Assembly: GCA_005239895.1 (NCBI GenBank)
Contig: SBBB01000025.1
Span: 98,170 to 162,169 of the forward strand
Direction of reading: 5' to 3'
Source of the DNA: a bacterium
Lineage (GTDB): Bacteria > Patescibacteriota > Patescibacteriia > SBBB01
Length of the DNA stretch: 64,000 nt
In this document: piece after piece, positions 1 through 8,693 of the stretch
Layout: each line of letters begins with the position of its first letter
How positions within the stretch are numbered: the first letter of the stretch is position 1
Made by a program: the position numbers and the translations under genes
Notes under the pieces: generated by a model
The model's database searches: none
Told to the model about the DNA's origin: nothing
What the model saw: only the letters and a program-made list of their open reading frames with translations

Positions 1-2204
1 TATTGATAAGGACAAGTTTCAAAACTTTTTAATTGCGTATAGCTAAAATAATTTGGTAAAATTGCGCTGGTTTTTAAATCCGTCTCTGATATTTTAAATT
101 TTATTTTAGGGGTTGAAAAAATATCCGGCAGGTTTAACATTTCTTGCTTCCCTTCTAATCCCAATTCGTACAAAAATATAGACGGCTTTTTAACTCTGGA
201 CCCGCCATAGTTTTTTGCCATTAAAAAAAATACACTTTCTTTGGCGCGCGTAACTGCCACGTACAATAATCGCCGCTCTTCTTCTAAGTGCCAGTTAGCA
301 TTCTCTAAAATTTTTTCGCGAATAAATATATCGAGTATAGGAATAGGATTTTCGCGCTCCATAGATGGAAAACGCCTTTCCACCATATTAACTATAAACA
401 CATGCTTGAATTCTAAACCCTTAGCAGCGTGAATAGTCATAATATTAACCATGTCCGGACCAGATTCAATATCAAAATCTAATGAACCCTCGTCTCCGGA
501 TTCTAATTCTAAATTCATAATATTAATAAAATCCGCTAAACCAAAAGTGTCTGGGCCTAATTCCTCTAAATGTTTAATATGTTTAAAAAATTGATGCAAA
601 TAATTAAATTGTAAATTTTGATCAGCGGCGGGCAAACTACTTAAGTATTTTAAATAACCAGTGTCTTGTAAAATAGTTAAAAATAGTTGGCTTACTTTGG
701 CGTCGCGACTCTGACCAGTATGCTTAATAATATTATCAATAATAGTTAAAAATTTTGTAGCGACACTGGGAATGATTTGCGGAAGCATATAAATTTTCTG
801 GCAAACTTCATATAACGATAAGTTTTTTTTATGAGCATAATGGGAAACATTTATTAAATCTTGATCCGAAATTTCCCATAATTTCCAATTTAAAACCCTC
901 CACATCGCGGTTGACTCGTGATAATTGTCCAGAACTCTCAAATAAGCTAAAATATCTAAAATTAGAGGTTTATTATACAAGCCCTTACACGCTAAAAACC
1001 TATAAGGAATATTAGCGCTATCCAAATGAGGTATAAATTGCTTAGCATAATCATTGGCTCTTATTAAAATCGCAAAATTACTCCAAGTCGTATCAGGCTG
1101 ATTATTTTTTAATTCTACAATTTTTTGGATGACTAAACTGGCTTCGTCTTGGGCTGAATCGCAAACAAAATATTTAATGGTTCCGTCTCCACCACTGTTA
1201 GCTAAAAGTCTTTTATTGTTTTTAGCTGGATTTTGAAATTCGAAACGATTAGGATTATTGTGTTGAATAAAATTATAAGCTAAGTCTAAAATATTTTGTT
1301 TAGAACGATAATTTTGGGTTAAAAATATTTCCTGGCGATTGGGAAAATCTATACTAAATTGTAAAATATTGCTTAACGAAGCTCCTCTAAATTTATAAAT
1401 ACTTTGATCATCATCCCCCACTACAGTAATGTTATTACGCGGTATTGCCAATAATTTTAATAATTCATACTGGCACCAATTAGTGTCTTGAAATTCATCC
1501 ACTAAAATATATTTAAACTGCTGACGATATTTATTTAAAATTATCGGCCGAGTTTTAAAAAGTTTTAAAGTATAAATAATTAAATCCCCAAAATCTAAAA
1601 AATTGTTTTCTAATAATAAATTTTGATAAGTTTCATACGCTTGCGCTATCTCTTGAATACGTAACGATTCCTCATCTAGGTTTAGATCTAAGCCTTGATT
1701 TAATTTATAAGTTTCAGCGTAGCGCAAATAATCTTCCACACTCACGCCTTCATCTTTTATTCTACTAAAATGTTGGATTAAACTATGGATAAATTTAGTT
1801 GGATTACCTAGAGGTTTATAATAATTTAATTTAAACCTGGATAAATTTTGATAAACTATTTGCCAGGTTTGGGTTGTATTTAATACTTTAAAATTATTGG
1901 ATAATCCAATGTCTAGTGCGTGGGTTTGTAAAATTTTTTGACACATCCCATGAAAAGTATTTACCCACAAATCAACATAACCGTAGGGTAATAAAGAATT
2001 TATGCGCTCTTCCATTTCAGTCGTTGCGGCATCCGTAAAGGTAATCGCTAGGATTTCTTCATTTTTAGCTTTGTTGTTAGCAACCAGCCACGCGAAACGA
2101 TTGGCAATAACAGTTGTTTTACCAGTTCCGGCTCCAGCAATGATTAACAAAGGACCATTGTCGTGTTCTATGGCCTGTCGCTGTTCTGGGTTTAAAATAT
2201 TCAT
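1..2204 (-). CDS. UvrD/PcrA-family ATP-dependent DNA helicase, 3' end beyond window
   Basis: Not in ORF track. Manual translation from ATG at 2204: MNILNPEQRQAIEHDNGPLLIIAGAGTGKTT (Walker A), later LVDEFQDTN, VVGDDDQSIYKFRGA, MTIHAAKGLEF, EERRLLYVAVTRAK. Confidence 0.95.
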   Translation of the reverse strand, partial: MNILNPEQRQAIEHDNGPLLIIAGAGTGKTTVIANRFAWLVANNKAKNEEILAITFTDAATTEMEERINSLLPYGYVDLWVNTFHGMCQKILQTHALDIGLSNNFKVLNTTQTWQIVYQNLSRFKLNYYKPLGNPTKFIHSLIQHFSRIKDEGVSVEDYLRYAETYKLNQGLDLNLDEESLRIQEIAQAYETYQNLLLENNFLDFGDLIIYTLKLFKTRPIILNKYRQQFKYILVDEFQDTNWCQYELLKLLAIPRNNITVVGDDDQSIYKFRGASLSNILQFSIDFPNRQEIFLTQNYRSKQNILDLAYNFIQHNNPNRFEFQNPAKNNKRLLANSGGDGTIKYFVCDSAQDEASLVIQKIVELKNNQPDTTWSNFAILIRANDYAKQFIPHLDSANIPYRFLACKGLYNKPLILDILAYLRVLDNYHESTAMWRVLNWKLWEISDQDLINVSHYAHKKNLSLYEVCQKIYMLPQIIPSVATKFLTIIDNIIKHTGQSRDAKVSQLFLTILQDTGYLKYLSSLPAADQNLQFNYLHQFFKHIKHLEELGPDTFGLADFINIMNLELESGDEGSLDFDIESGPDMVNIMTIHAAKGLEFKHVFIVNMVERRFPSMERENPIPILDIFIREKILENANWHLEEERRLLYVAVTRAKESVFFLMAKNYGGSRVKKPSIFLYELGLEGKQEMLNLPDIFSTPKIKFKISETDLKTSAILPNYFSYTQLKSFETCPYQ

Positions 2205-2281
2205 ACGAATAAAGTTACCATTAACAAAATTATAACCTATTACTATCATTCCAGCCATTCTTGTCATTCCCGCGCTCCACC

Positions 2282-2451
2282 TGTCATTCCCGCGAAGGCG
2301 GGAATCCAGGAGCGTATACGTTTATAACTATTGTTTCAACTAATGTTAATATTAAACTACAATGTCAATGTTTAGGAGTTCAACTTCTAAACATTGTGTC
2401 ATACAGGTATTCTTTGAATAAACCTGGATTCCAGCCTTCGCGGGAATGACA
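2282..2451. repeat. REPIN/MITE-like element with 29-bp inverted arms (TGTCATTCCCGCGAAGGCGGGAATCCAGG), copy 1
   Basis: Arms at 2282-2310 and 2423-2451; internal sequence related to copies at 28140 and 40102. Confidence 0.9.
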
Positions 2452-2513
2452 AAAAGAGAAATAGGAATAACAAAAAAATAAATTCTAATTTATTCTTAAT
2501 TCTGTTTTACTCT

Positions 2514-3803
2514 TTATAAACCATGCCTAGAAGCGCCACTACCACTTCCTCCGTGCGGAGAATGTTTGGACTGATTAGTTTTATCCGTAGCTAATAAATA
2601 ATCTTCTAGTACGCCCTTGGGATACCAAATACCAGTCCAACGATAAGCTTCACCCATTAACTGTTCATTGCTGTATTTATCTTTATAGTTTGTAAGCATA
2701 TATTTAAAGAATCCTCTCCAAGCTTTGGCATGTTTGCATCCACAATTTACAATAGCAGTTACAGTATTCGGACCACCGCAACAATAATTACACGTAAAGT
2801 TTGAAATTATGTCATCGTAGCGCTGCTGCAAATCACTGGTTAATTGAATTTGATTTTCAAAAACCATCCATTTATTTTGAGCTTCAATGGGATTATTAAA
2901 TGAAATATCATCCGGCGCATAAAACGGCTTTCCAGTTGGAATCATAACAACCCTAGCATCAGCTAGTAAATCTCCGGTATTGGGATTTGCTGGTACTTCA
3001 GTTATGGTGGGCTGAATGGTCAAAGATGTTGTCCTTCCATCTGAATTTAATTTAGGGGCAATAACAGAATAGGTAGCCTTATTAGATATGGAAAACAATC
3101 CTCTAAATTTTTCTTTAAAGCTTGAGTTCTGAAAAATATTATCAAAACCAATATTTATTCCAACCTTATTTGCTACGCGATTGATTAAGAAATAATTTAC
3201 AACAAACAACACGATTAATACGTACACAACTCTATTGTCAACTTTCTTTGCAATTTCCAGGTGTGTTTTCGCGCTGGAATCATAGGTTGTAATTTCACAT
3301 TCTCCGCAAGATTTTAATTGCTCAACTTTGCGACTTGCAAAAAACACCGACACCATAATTAAAACTAAACCAATTACTTGAAACTCTAGTCCTTTTAAGG
3401 GAAACAAAGCCACACCCGTTGTCACACCAAATAAAGATAATAAAAACGCCCCACAAATTGGGCACGCCACACCCAGGGCTGCCACTACAGCTCCTAACCA
3501 AGACGAAGCATCCGTACTAGGGCTAAATTTAGAACGGTTCCATAACCAAGACATCAAACCAATTGAAATTCCAAAAAATATAATCGTCAGGGTTGCGATA
3601 ATTAAATAAGCCACACTATAAGCTACACTATATTGACCAAAGTCTCCACCTTTAGTCATGGCTATAAAATTGGATACACTCGTAACCTGCGTAAATAAAA
3701 AATAGTAAACAACTAATAATATTAATCCGCCTATAATTGAGTTGCGGTAATAACGCTTATTTTCAAATGCTATTTTTAAACCCTGAATAGTTTGATGCAT
3801 CAT
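2514..3803 (-). CDS. Multi-pass membrane protein with ACPICG motif and C-terminal Cys-rich (CNYCCG...CGCKH) soluble domain
   Basis: 429-aa ORF with about 5 hydrophobic segments and the Cys motifs visible. Confidence 0.75.
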   Translation of the reverse strand: MMHQTIQGLKIAFENKRYYRNSIIGGLILLVVYYFLFTQVTSVSNFIAMTKGGDFGQYSVAYSVAYLIIATLTIIFFGISIGLMSWLWNRSKFSPSTDASSWLGAVVAALGVACPICGAFLLSLFGVTTGVALFPLKGLEFQVIGLVLIMVSVFFASRKVEQLKSCGECEITTYDSSAKTHLEIAKKVDNRVVYVLIVLFVVNYFLINRVANKVGINIGFDNIFQNSSFKEKFRGLFSISNKATYSVIAPKLNSDGRTTSLTIQPTITEVPANPNTGDLLADARVVMIPTGKPFYAPDDISFNNPIEAQNKWMVFENQIQLTSDLQQRYDDIISNFTCNYCCGGPNTVTAIVNCGCKHAKAWRGFFKYMLTNYKDKYSNEQLMGEAYRWTGIWYPKGVLEDYLLATDKTNQSKHSPHGGSGSGASRHGL

Positions 3804-3806
3804 ATA

Positions 3807-4922
3807 TTATTTTAAATCTTTATAAATAAGATCTTTAACATTTTCTTTAAGTTTGGCTATGTCCCTAAATACATACCAGCCATCTTTTTCAGTGGTGCCA
3901 ATACTGGGCCAAGCTTCTTGTAAAGATTTATATTCATTAGCGCTGGGAGATAACAATACCGTTGGAACAGATTTAATTTTATATTTACTAACTAAACTTT
4001 TACCATACTGACTATGAATATCTATGACCTCTTCTTTGGAAAACATTACCCTAAAGGCTGTGGTTAAAGCATTGCCATGAACATTTTTAGGATCGTAACA
4101 ATCTTTACACGCAGAATCTATAAGATATATGGCGTGAACTAACCCAATTAGTTTATTTTTTGCTAAATCCCTCCAAGGAGGATAAAGCTTGCGCGCTACA
4201 TAAGCATCTTCTTTTTCGGGTGTTTTTTCAACTGTCCCCAATTCATATATATGCCAAAATTTTATAAGTTCTTCATAAGCATCCATATCTCCCGTTAAGA
4301 TAAAGGTAGGAATTTTTGTAATTTTATATTGTTTGATCAGAACTTGCCCTTCCCTAGAGTTCCACAATACCCCTTTTTCATCACTTACAACCAAGTTCAT
4401 TTTTTGACGATAAGATCCAATTGTTCTCCGTAAATCTAAACACTGGGTACATTCATCATCATTAATATAAGTTACATTTATACGACCACGATATTTCTGA
4501 GTTTCAAGATCTAAAAAAACAGTACCAACCTTAGTATAAACAAAAGTTTTGTTAACCTTAACACCATTCGCGCTTAACGTATTTGTCAAATTAGAACTAT
4601 TTATGTCGCCTGTCAAAATATAAGTTGGGACCCTTTTAATGTTTAAATCTTGAATTAATTTTTTACCTTCTTCAGAATTATAAGCTACGCTTTGATCTTC
4701 TTTAATCTTAACATTATACTTACTTAGGTCTTCTACGGCGCGGTCTAAACTAAAACAATCCGCGCATTCGGGTATCATTATTCTGGTTACTGAAATTTTA
4801 GCTGGTCGAGTTTTTTTATCTAAATCTAAAATAGATTTACTCACACTCAAAAAACCAAAAATACCAAATATTAAAGCGCTAAAAATTAAAATATAACGCC
4901 CTTGATTACGAAGCCCAAACAT
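3807..4922 (-). CDS. Membrane-anchored protein with three tandem thioredoxin-like CxxC repeats
   Basis: N-terminal TM; CADC, CTQC, CKDC each followed by G..LI..Y.I..(V/I)PT cis-Pro-like motif. Confidence 0.75.
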   Translation of the reverse strand: MFGLRNQGRYILIFSALIFGIFGFLSVSKSILDLDKKTRPAKISVTRIMIPECADCFSLDRAVEDLSKYNVKIKEDQSVAYNSEEGKKLIQDLNIKRVPTYILTGDINSSNLTNTLSANGVKVNKTFVYTKVGTVFLDLETQKYRGRINVTYINDDECTQCLDLRRTIGSYRQKMNLVVSDEKGVLWNSREGQVLIKQYKITKIPTFILTGDMDAYEELIKFWHIYELGTVEKTPEKEDAYVARKLYPPWRDLAKNKLIGLVHAIYLIDSACKDCYDPKNVHGNALTTAFRVMFSKEEVIDIHSQYGKSLVSKYKIKSVPTVLLSPSANEYKSLQEAWPSIGTTEKDGWYVFRDIAKLKENVKDLIYKDLK

Positions 4923-4963
4923 ATTTAGAAATTTTTGAATTTTAATTATATACTTAAATCTTA

Positions 4964-5071
4964 CTTGTCCTCCACCTTGTCCTCCGTAGCTCTTGCCGTC
5001 GCGTAGCCGCTATGGCGAAGCACGGTTAGCGTAGGAGGAAGCCTTCACTAAGGAGCGAAGGAGGAAGCCTT
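4964..5071. repeat. GC-rich nested palindromic (REP-like) cluster
   Basis: CTTGTCCTCC twice on the left, AGCG(T/A)AGGAGGAAGCCTT twice on the right, inner GCCGTCGCGTAGCCGCTATGGCGA. Confidence 0.7.
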
Positions 5072-5080
5072 TAATCTGAT

Positions 5081-5356
5081 CTAACAACCCCCAACCATGC
5101 CCGGAGCTCCGGAATCGTTAGAAGTTGGAGTAGATACACTAGACGAACCATTGGTATTAACTCCACTGGTGCTTATTTTACCAGATAGTCGATATAGTTG
5201 AATGGTTTGAAAAAAAGTTACTAAAACAATTAAACCCAAAACAATGGTTTGGACATTAGGTTTCGCAATACGCAAAGTCATGGTATCATTATTTGAAGAT
5301 TCGGTATCCGTGGTTTCGGTATTTATTTGATCTTCGGATTCAGTATGATGTTTCAT
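5081..5356 (-). CDS. Small single-TM protein ending in PGMVGGC
   Basis: 91-aa ORF with strong AGGAGGTG SD, one TM, Ser/Thr linker and C-terminal GGC. Confidence 0.8.
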   Translation of the reverse strand: MKHHTESEDQINTETTDTESSNNDTMTLRIAKPNVQTIVLGLIVLVTFFQTIQLYRLSGKISTSGVNTNGSSSVSTPTSNDSGAPGMVGGC

Positions 5357-5432
5357 ATTACACCTCCTTTAAAATATTAATATTTTAATAAAAATTAAAA
5401 CTAATAAATAATTATATTAACACCAGGTATAT

Positions 5433-5927
5433 ATGTCAATAGGAAAAATTTTTACTACCCACAAAAGAATTTACTACGATTATAATATTTTAGAAACTTT
5501 AAACGCCGGGATAGTATTAACAGGCCCGGAAGTTAAATCCGTCAAAAACGGACAGTGTAAACTTGACGGCTCTTATGCTATTTTAAAAATGACAAACTTA
5601 AAAAATAAATATAACACGGAACTTTTTCTTCTCAATGCTTATATTTCTCTTTATAAACCAGCTGGAGAATCAAAAAATTATGACCCCCAAAGAAGCCGCA
5701 AGTTATTATTAAATAAAAAGGAAATTAAAAATTTAAGCAATAAATTAATAAATAAACGCTTGACATTAATACCAATTAAGATGTATAATATGCATAATCG
5801 TGTCAAGGTTGAAATCGCCGTGTGTCAAATGAAAAAAAAGATTGACAAACGGCAATTAATCAAAAAACGAGAAATAAACCGAAAAATTCAAACTAATCTC
5901 CTGCAATCTCACAAGATTCGGGGATGA
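5433..5927 (+). CDS. smpB: SsrA-binding protein SmpB
   Basis: AGIVLTGPEVKSVK, RSRKLLL.KKEI, DKR..IKKRE motifs; adjacent to tmRNA. Confidence 0.95.
   Translation: MSIGKIFTTHKRIYYDYNILETLNAGIVLTGPEVKSVKNGQCKLDGSYAILKMTNLKNKYNTELFLLNAYISLYKPAGESKNYDPQRSRKLLLNKKEIKNLSNKLINKRLTLIPIKMYNMHNRVKVEIAVCQMKKKIDKRQLIKKREINRKIQTNLLQSHKIRG
5760..5789 (+). promoter_or_regulatory. Consensus sigma70 promoter inside smpB, probable ssrA promoter
   Basis: TTGACA (5760-5765), 18 nt spacer, TATAAT (5784-5789), about 130 nt upstream of the tmRNA 5' end. Confidence 0.6.
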
Positions 5928-6333
5928 TCGGTATTGATAGTAAGTTTAATAGTAAGATTTGCAAGTTATGCTAAGCTCTTTAATGCATATAAAAATTTTA
6001 GGAGCAATCAATAAATGCAAAATCATTTATTAGCAAGGTTAGGTTGGCTTTAGATAACATCTTTAGCTCTCCCAGTTTTGCGCCTGTGGTAGCCTAACAA
6101 GACCACCACCGTCTATCTTTTTTTTCCTAAAAGAAAGAATAGATGTTATATCTTAGGATTATTCTATGATCATTGATTATTAGATCATAAAATAATGTTA
6201 CAATAATCAATAATTCTGGACGTTTCTTGTTCGAGTTCAGAATTTATTAAGGGTTCACCCAAAAAAATAAGATAAACTTGTAGACAGTCTAACTATTACT
6301 TATTAGACGCGGGTTCAATTCCCGCCATCTCCA
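5920..6333 (+). ncRNA. ssrA: tmRNA (SsrA)
   Basis: 5' GGGGATG pairs with 3' CATCTCC-A giving G3.U70; T-arm GCGGG-TTCAATT-CCCGC; tag frame from GCA at 6017 reads AKSFISKVRLALDNIFSSPSFAPVVA*. Confidence 0.93.
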
Positions 6334-6365
6334 CCTAATTAATTTGTTTAAATTTATTAAAATCC

Positions 6366-6908
6366 ATGCGTAAATCATATAAAAGAAAAGTAGTTCAACC
6401 CGTTAAACAAACCTGGATATTAAACAGATTGATTACTGCTCCGGAACTTTTTATTATAGGTGAAGATGGAAAAGGATTAGGCGTAATGAGCACAGCTAAG
6501 GCGCTAGAACTGGCTGATAGTCAGGGCTTAGATGTAGTAATGGTAAATCCAACCAATGTACCTCCGGCGGCTAAAATGGTAAACTTTAAACAGTTTAAAT
6601 ACCAACAAAATAAACTGCTACAAAAACAAAAATCTAAACAAAAAATAATTGACACCAAATGTCTGAGATTGTCCATGCGTATTGGAATTAAAGATTTAGA
6701 GGTTCGCAGCAAACAAGTTGCTAAATTTATAGAAAGCGGACATAAGGTACGGATTGAACTTTTATTAAAGGGTCGAGAGAGACAGCACGCAGATATTGCC
6801 AAAGAAGTAATAAGTAAATTTATAACGGGTATAGAAAATATTGACACGGAGCAGCCTTTAAAGTTAGAATCTAATAAGTTTAGTGTAATTATAAAGAAAA
6901 AAAGTTAA
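6366..6908 (+). CDS. infC: Translation initiation factor IF-3
   Basis: N..I.APEL.IIGEDG, GLDVV.V.P...PP.AK, GHKVRIEL..KGRE motifs; first gene of infC-rpmI-rplT. Confidence 0.95.
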   Translation: MRKSYKRKVVQPVKQTWILNRLITAPELFIIGEDGKGLGVMSTAKALELADSQGLDVVMVNPTNVPPAAKMVNFKQFKYQQNKLLQKQKSKQKIIDTKCLRLSMRIGIKDLEVRSKQVAKFIESGHKVRIELLLKGRERQHADIAKEVISKFITGIENIDTEQPLKLESNKFSVIIKKKS

Positions 6909-6918
6909 ATATTCTAAA

Positions 6919-7122
6919 ATGAAAGCTAGAACAAAATTAAAAACTCAAAAAAGCGTTGTAAAACGTTTTAAAATTACAAAATCTAGTCATAAAATTTTAA
7001 ATAAAAAATCCGGACAAGATCATTTTAACGCTCGCGAATCTGGAAAAACAACGCGTAACAAAAGAAGATTGGTTGATACGAATAAAGCTTATAAAATAGT
7101 TATAAAAAGATACATGCAATAA
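6919..7122 (+). CDS. rpmI: 50S ribosomal protein L35
   Basis: KLKT.KSV.KRFKIT motif and synteny. Confidence 0.95.
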   Translation: MKARTKLKTQKSVVKRFKITKSSHKILNKKSGQDHFNARESGKTTRNKRRLVDTNKAYKIVIKRYMQ

Positions 7123-7134
7123 TAATTTTTTAAT

Positions 7135-7518
7135 ATGCCTAGAGTTAAACGTGGACAAATTCACATTAAAAAAAGAGAGAAATTATTAAAAAGCGTAAAA
7201 GGCTTCAAGTGGGGACGCAAATCCAAAATTAAATTAGCCAAAGTTGCCGCTCTTAAAGCGGGTGTGTACGCTTACCGAGATCGTAGACGCAAAAAACGAG
7301 ATATGCGCAGTCAGTGGCAAGTTGTAATTAACGCCGCCATAAGAGAGCACGGAATTAATTATTCTAAATTTATAGCTGGGTTAAAAAGCAAACAAATTGA
7401 AATTGATCGTAAAATATTAAGTGAATTAGCTAAAAAATATCCAGCAATTTTTAACAAAATTGCCGAAGATGTTGTTACTACTATAAAAGCAACAGTAAAA
7501 GCAACTGCTAAGGCCTAG
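7135..7518 (+). CDS. rplT: 50S ribosomal protein L20
   Basis: MPRVKRG, YAYRDRRRKKRD, IEIDRKILSELA. Confidence 0.97.
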   Translation: MPRVKRGQIHIKKREKLLKSVKGFKWGRKSKIKLAKVAALKAGVYAYRDRRRKKRDMRSQWQVVINAAIREHGINYSKFIAGLKSKQIEIDRKILSELAKKYPAIFNKIAEDVVTTIKATVKATAKA

Positions 7519-7550
7519 GCTTTCTTCAAATACTAGATTTTCTAGATATT

Positions 7551-7594
7551 AAAATAACCGGACACTCGCTCAAGGCGTAGTCCGGTTATTTTTT
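7551..7594 (+). terminator. Intrinsic terminator after rplT
   Basis: AAAATAACCGGAC...GTCCGGTTATTTTTT. Confidence 0.8.
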
Positions 7595-7678
7595 ACTCAA
7601 CAGATATTCTAAAATAGAATTTTTAAACCATCTTTTAAATATTTTTAAAACCGCTCCTGTCATTCCAGCGACTTAACC

Positions 7679-7707
7679 AATGTTTGGTGGTTCGACCGCC
7701 AAACATT
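7679..7707. repeat. REP-like hairpin AATGTTTGGTGGT-TCG-ACCGCCAAACATT
   Basis: Identical copy at 8641 and a 27-bp copy at 21769. Confidence 0.85.
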
Positions 7708-7840
7708 AATTCTATAAAAAATACAGGAAAATACTGCTTAAATTTAAACTAACAAGTTTTTAAATATGAATGGGGTAGTGTTTGTGAAGATTAATATTAA
7801 ACACTACCCATAATTATCTACACTCTTTTAAAAAATCGCA

Positions 7841-8503
7841 CTACTTGAGTCCTACACTAGGAATAATAATATCAAGAATAGTGCTTACAATTTGGCCTGT
7901 TATTTGCTCTTTTGGGAGCATTCCATCAATTTTTCCAACATGCAACGGATCTTTTTCCCATTGAGCAGTATAACCGCTTCGTATTCTTTCATGAAACGAC
8001 GAGGGTTTTTTATCATAACCATCAAGCTCCGTTCTGCCAGACTGTACTTTGCGCTTTTCAATTTCCGACACAGGAATATCAAACACAAAATAATAATCAA
8101 CCATTGAGGAACCTTCAATCATATTATTTATAATGCTTATGTGTTTCATATCAAGCCCCTCAGCATAACCCTGATATACAATAGTGCTCATGGTAAATCT
8201 ATCACACAACACAATATGTTTTTTATCCATGGCTGGATATATAACATCGCATATCACATTGCGTCTACCAGCAGAGAACAGGAGCAATTTAGTCAAATCA
8301 TCCATACTGTCTTGATACTCAGGATGTTTAACTATTTTCCTTATTGCCATTCCCAGGGAAGTTCCTCCGGGTGTAAATGTTCTAGTAACTAAATACCCAA
8401 GATTTACCAAGGCATCTTCTACTAACTTGAGCTGAGTGCTTTTACCAGAAAACTCTGGCCCTTCAAAAACAAACAAAAACCCCTTATCGACCTGAGTACT
8501 CAT
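7841..8503 (-). CDS. tmk: Thymidylate kinase
   Basis: FEGPEFSGKST P-loop, LCDRF; start moved to ATG 8503 behind AGGAGG; promoter TTGACA-18-TATACT at 8604-8575. Confidence 0.93.
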   Translation of the reverse strand: MSTQVDKGFLFVFEGPEFSGKSTQLKLVEDALVNLGYLVTRTFTPGGTSLGMAIRKIVKHPEYQDSMDDLTKLLLFSAGRRNVICDVIYPAMDKKHIVLCDRFTMSTIVYQGYAEGLDMKHISIINNMIEGSSMVDYYFVFDIPVSEIEKRKVQSGRTELDGYDKKPSSFHERIRSGYTAQWEKDPLHVGKIDGMLPKEQITGQIVSTILDIIIPSVGLK

Positions 8504-8640
8504 TAACACCTCCTTATTGACTGGTTTTTATACCAGTGGTTGACTAAACGCTTCTTACAAACTAAGCACTTTTAAGTATAAGCCTATTTACATCTTATTG
8601 TCAATATGTGTTTTTCATTAGAAAATATAACACCGTTAAT

Positions 8641-8669
8641 AATGTTTGGTGGTTCGACCGCCAAACATT
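8641..8669. repeat. REP-like hairpin (same as 7679)
   Basis: Exact 29-bp direct copy. Confidence 0.85.
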
Positions 8670-8693
8670 GGTTTTATAGTAAACTATAAAAAC

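Noticed and set aside
241-2235. Short plus-strand ORFs at 241 and 2002
   Set aside because: Antisense shadows of the UvrD helicase.
2261-2449. 62-aa ORF with CHSREGGNP
   Set aside because: It is a translation of the palindromic repeat arms, not a gene.
5925-5927. TGA read as Gly (code 25) extending smpB
   Set aside because: Conserved genes translate full length with the standard code and TGA also terminates def and ftsI.
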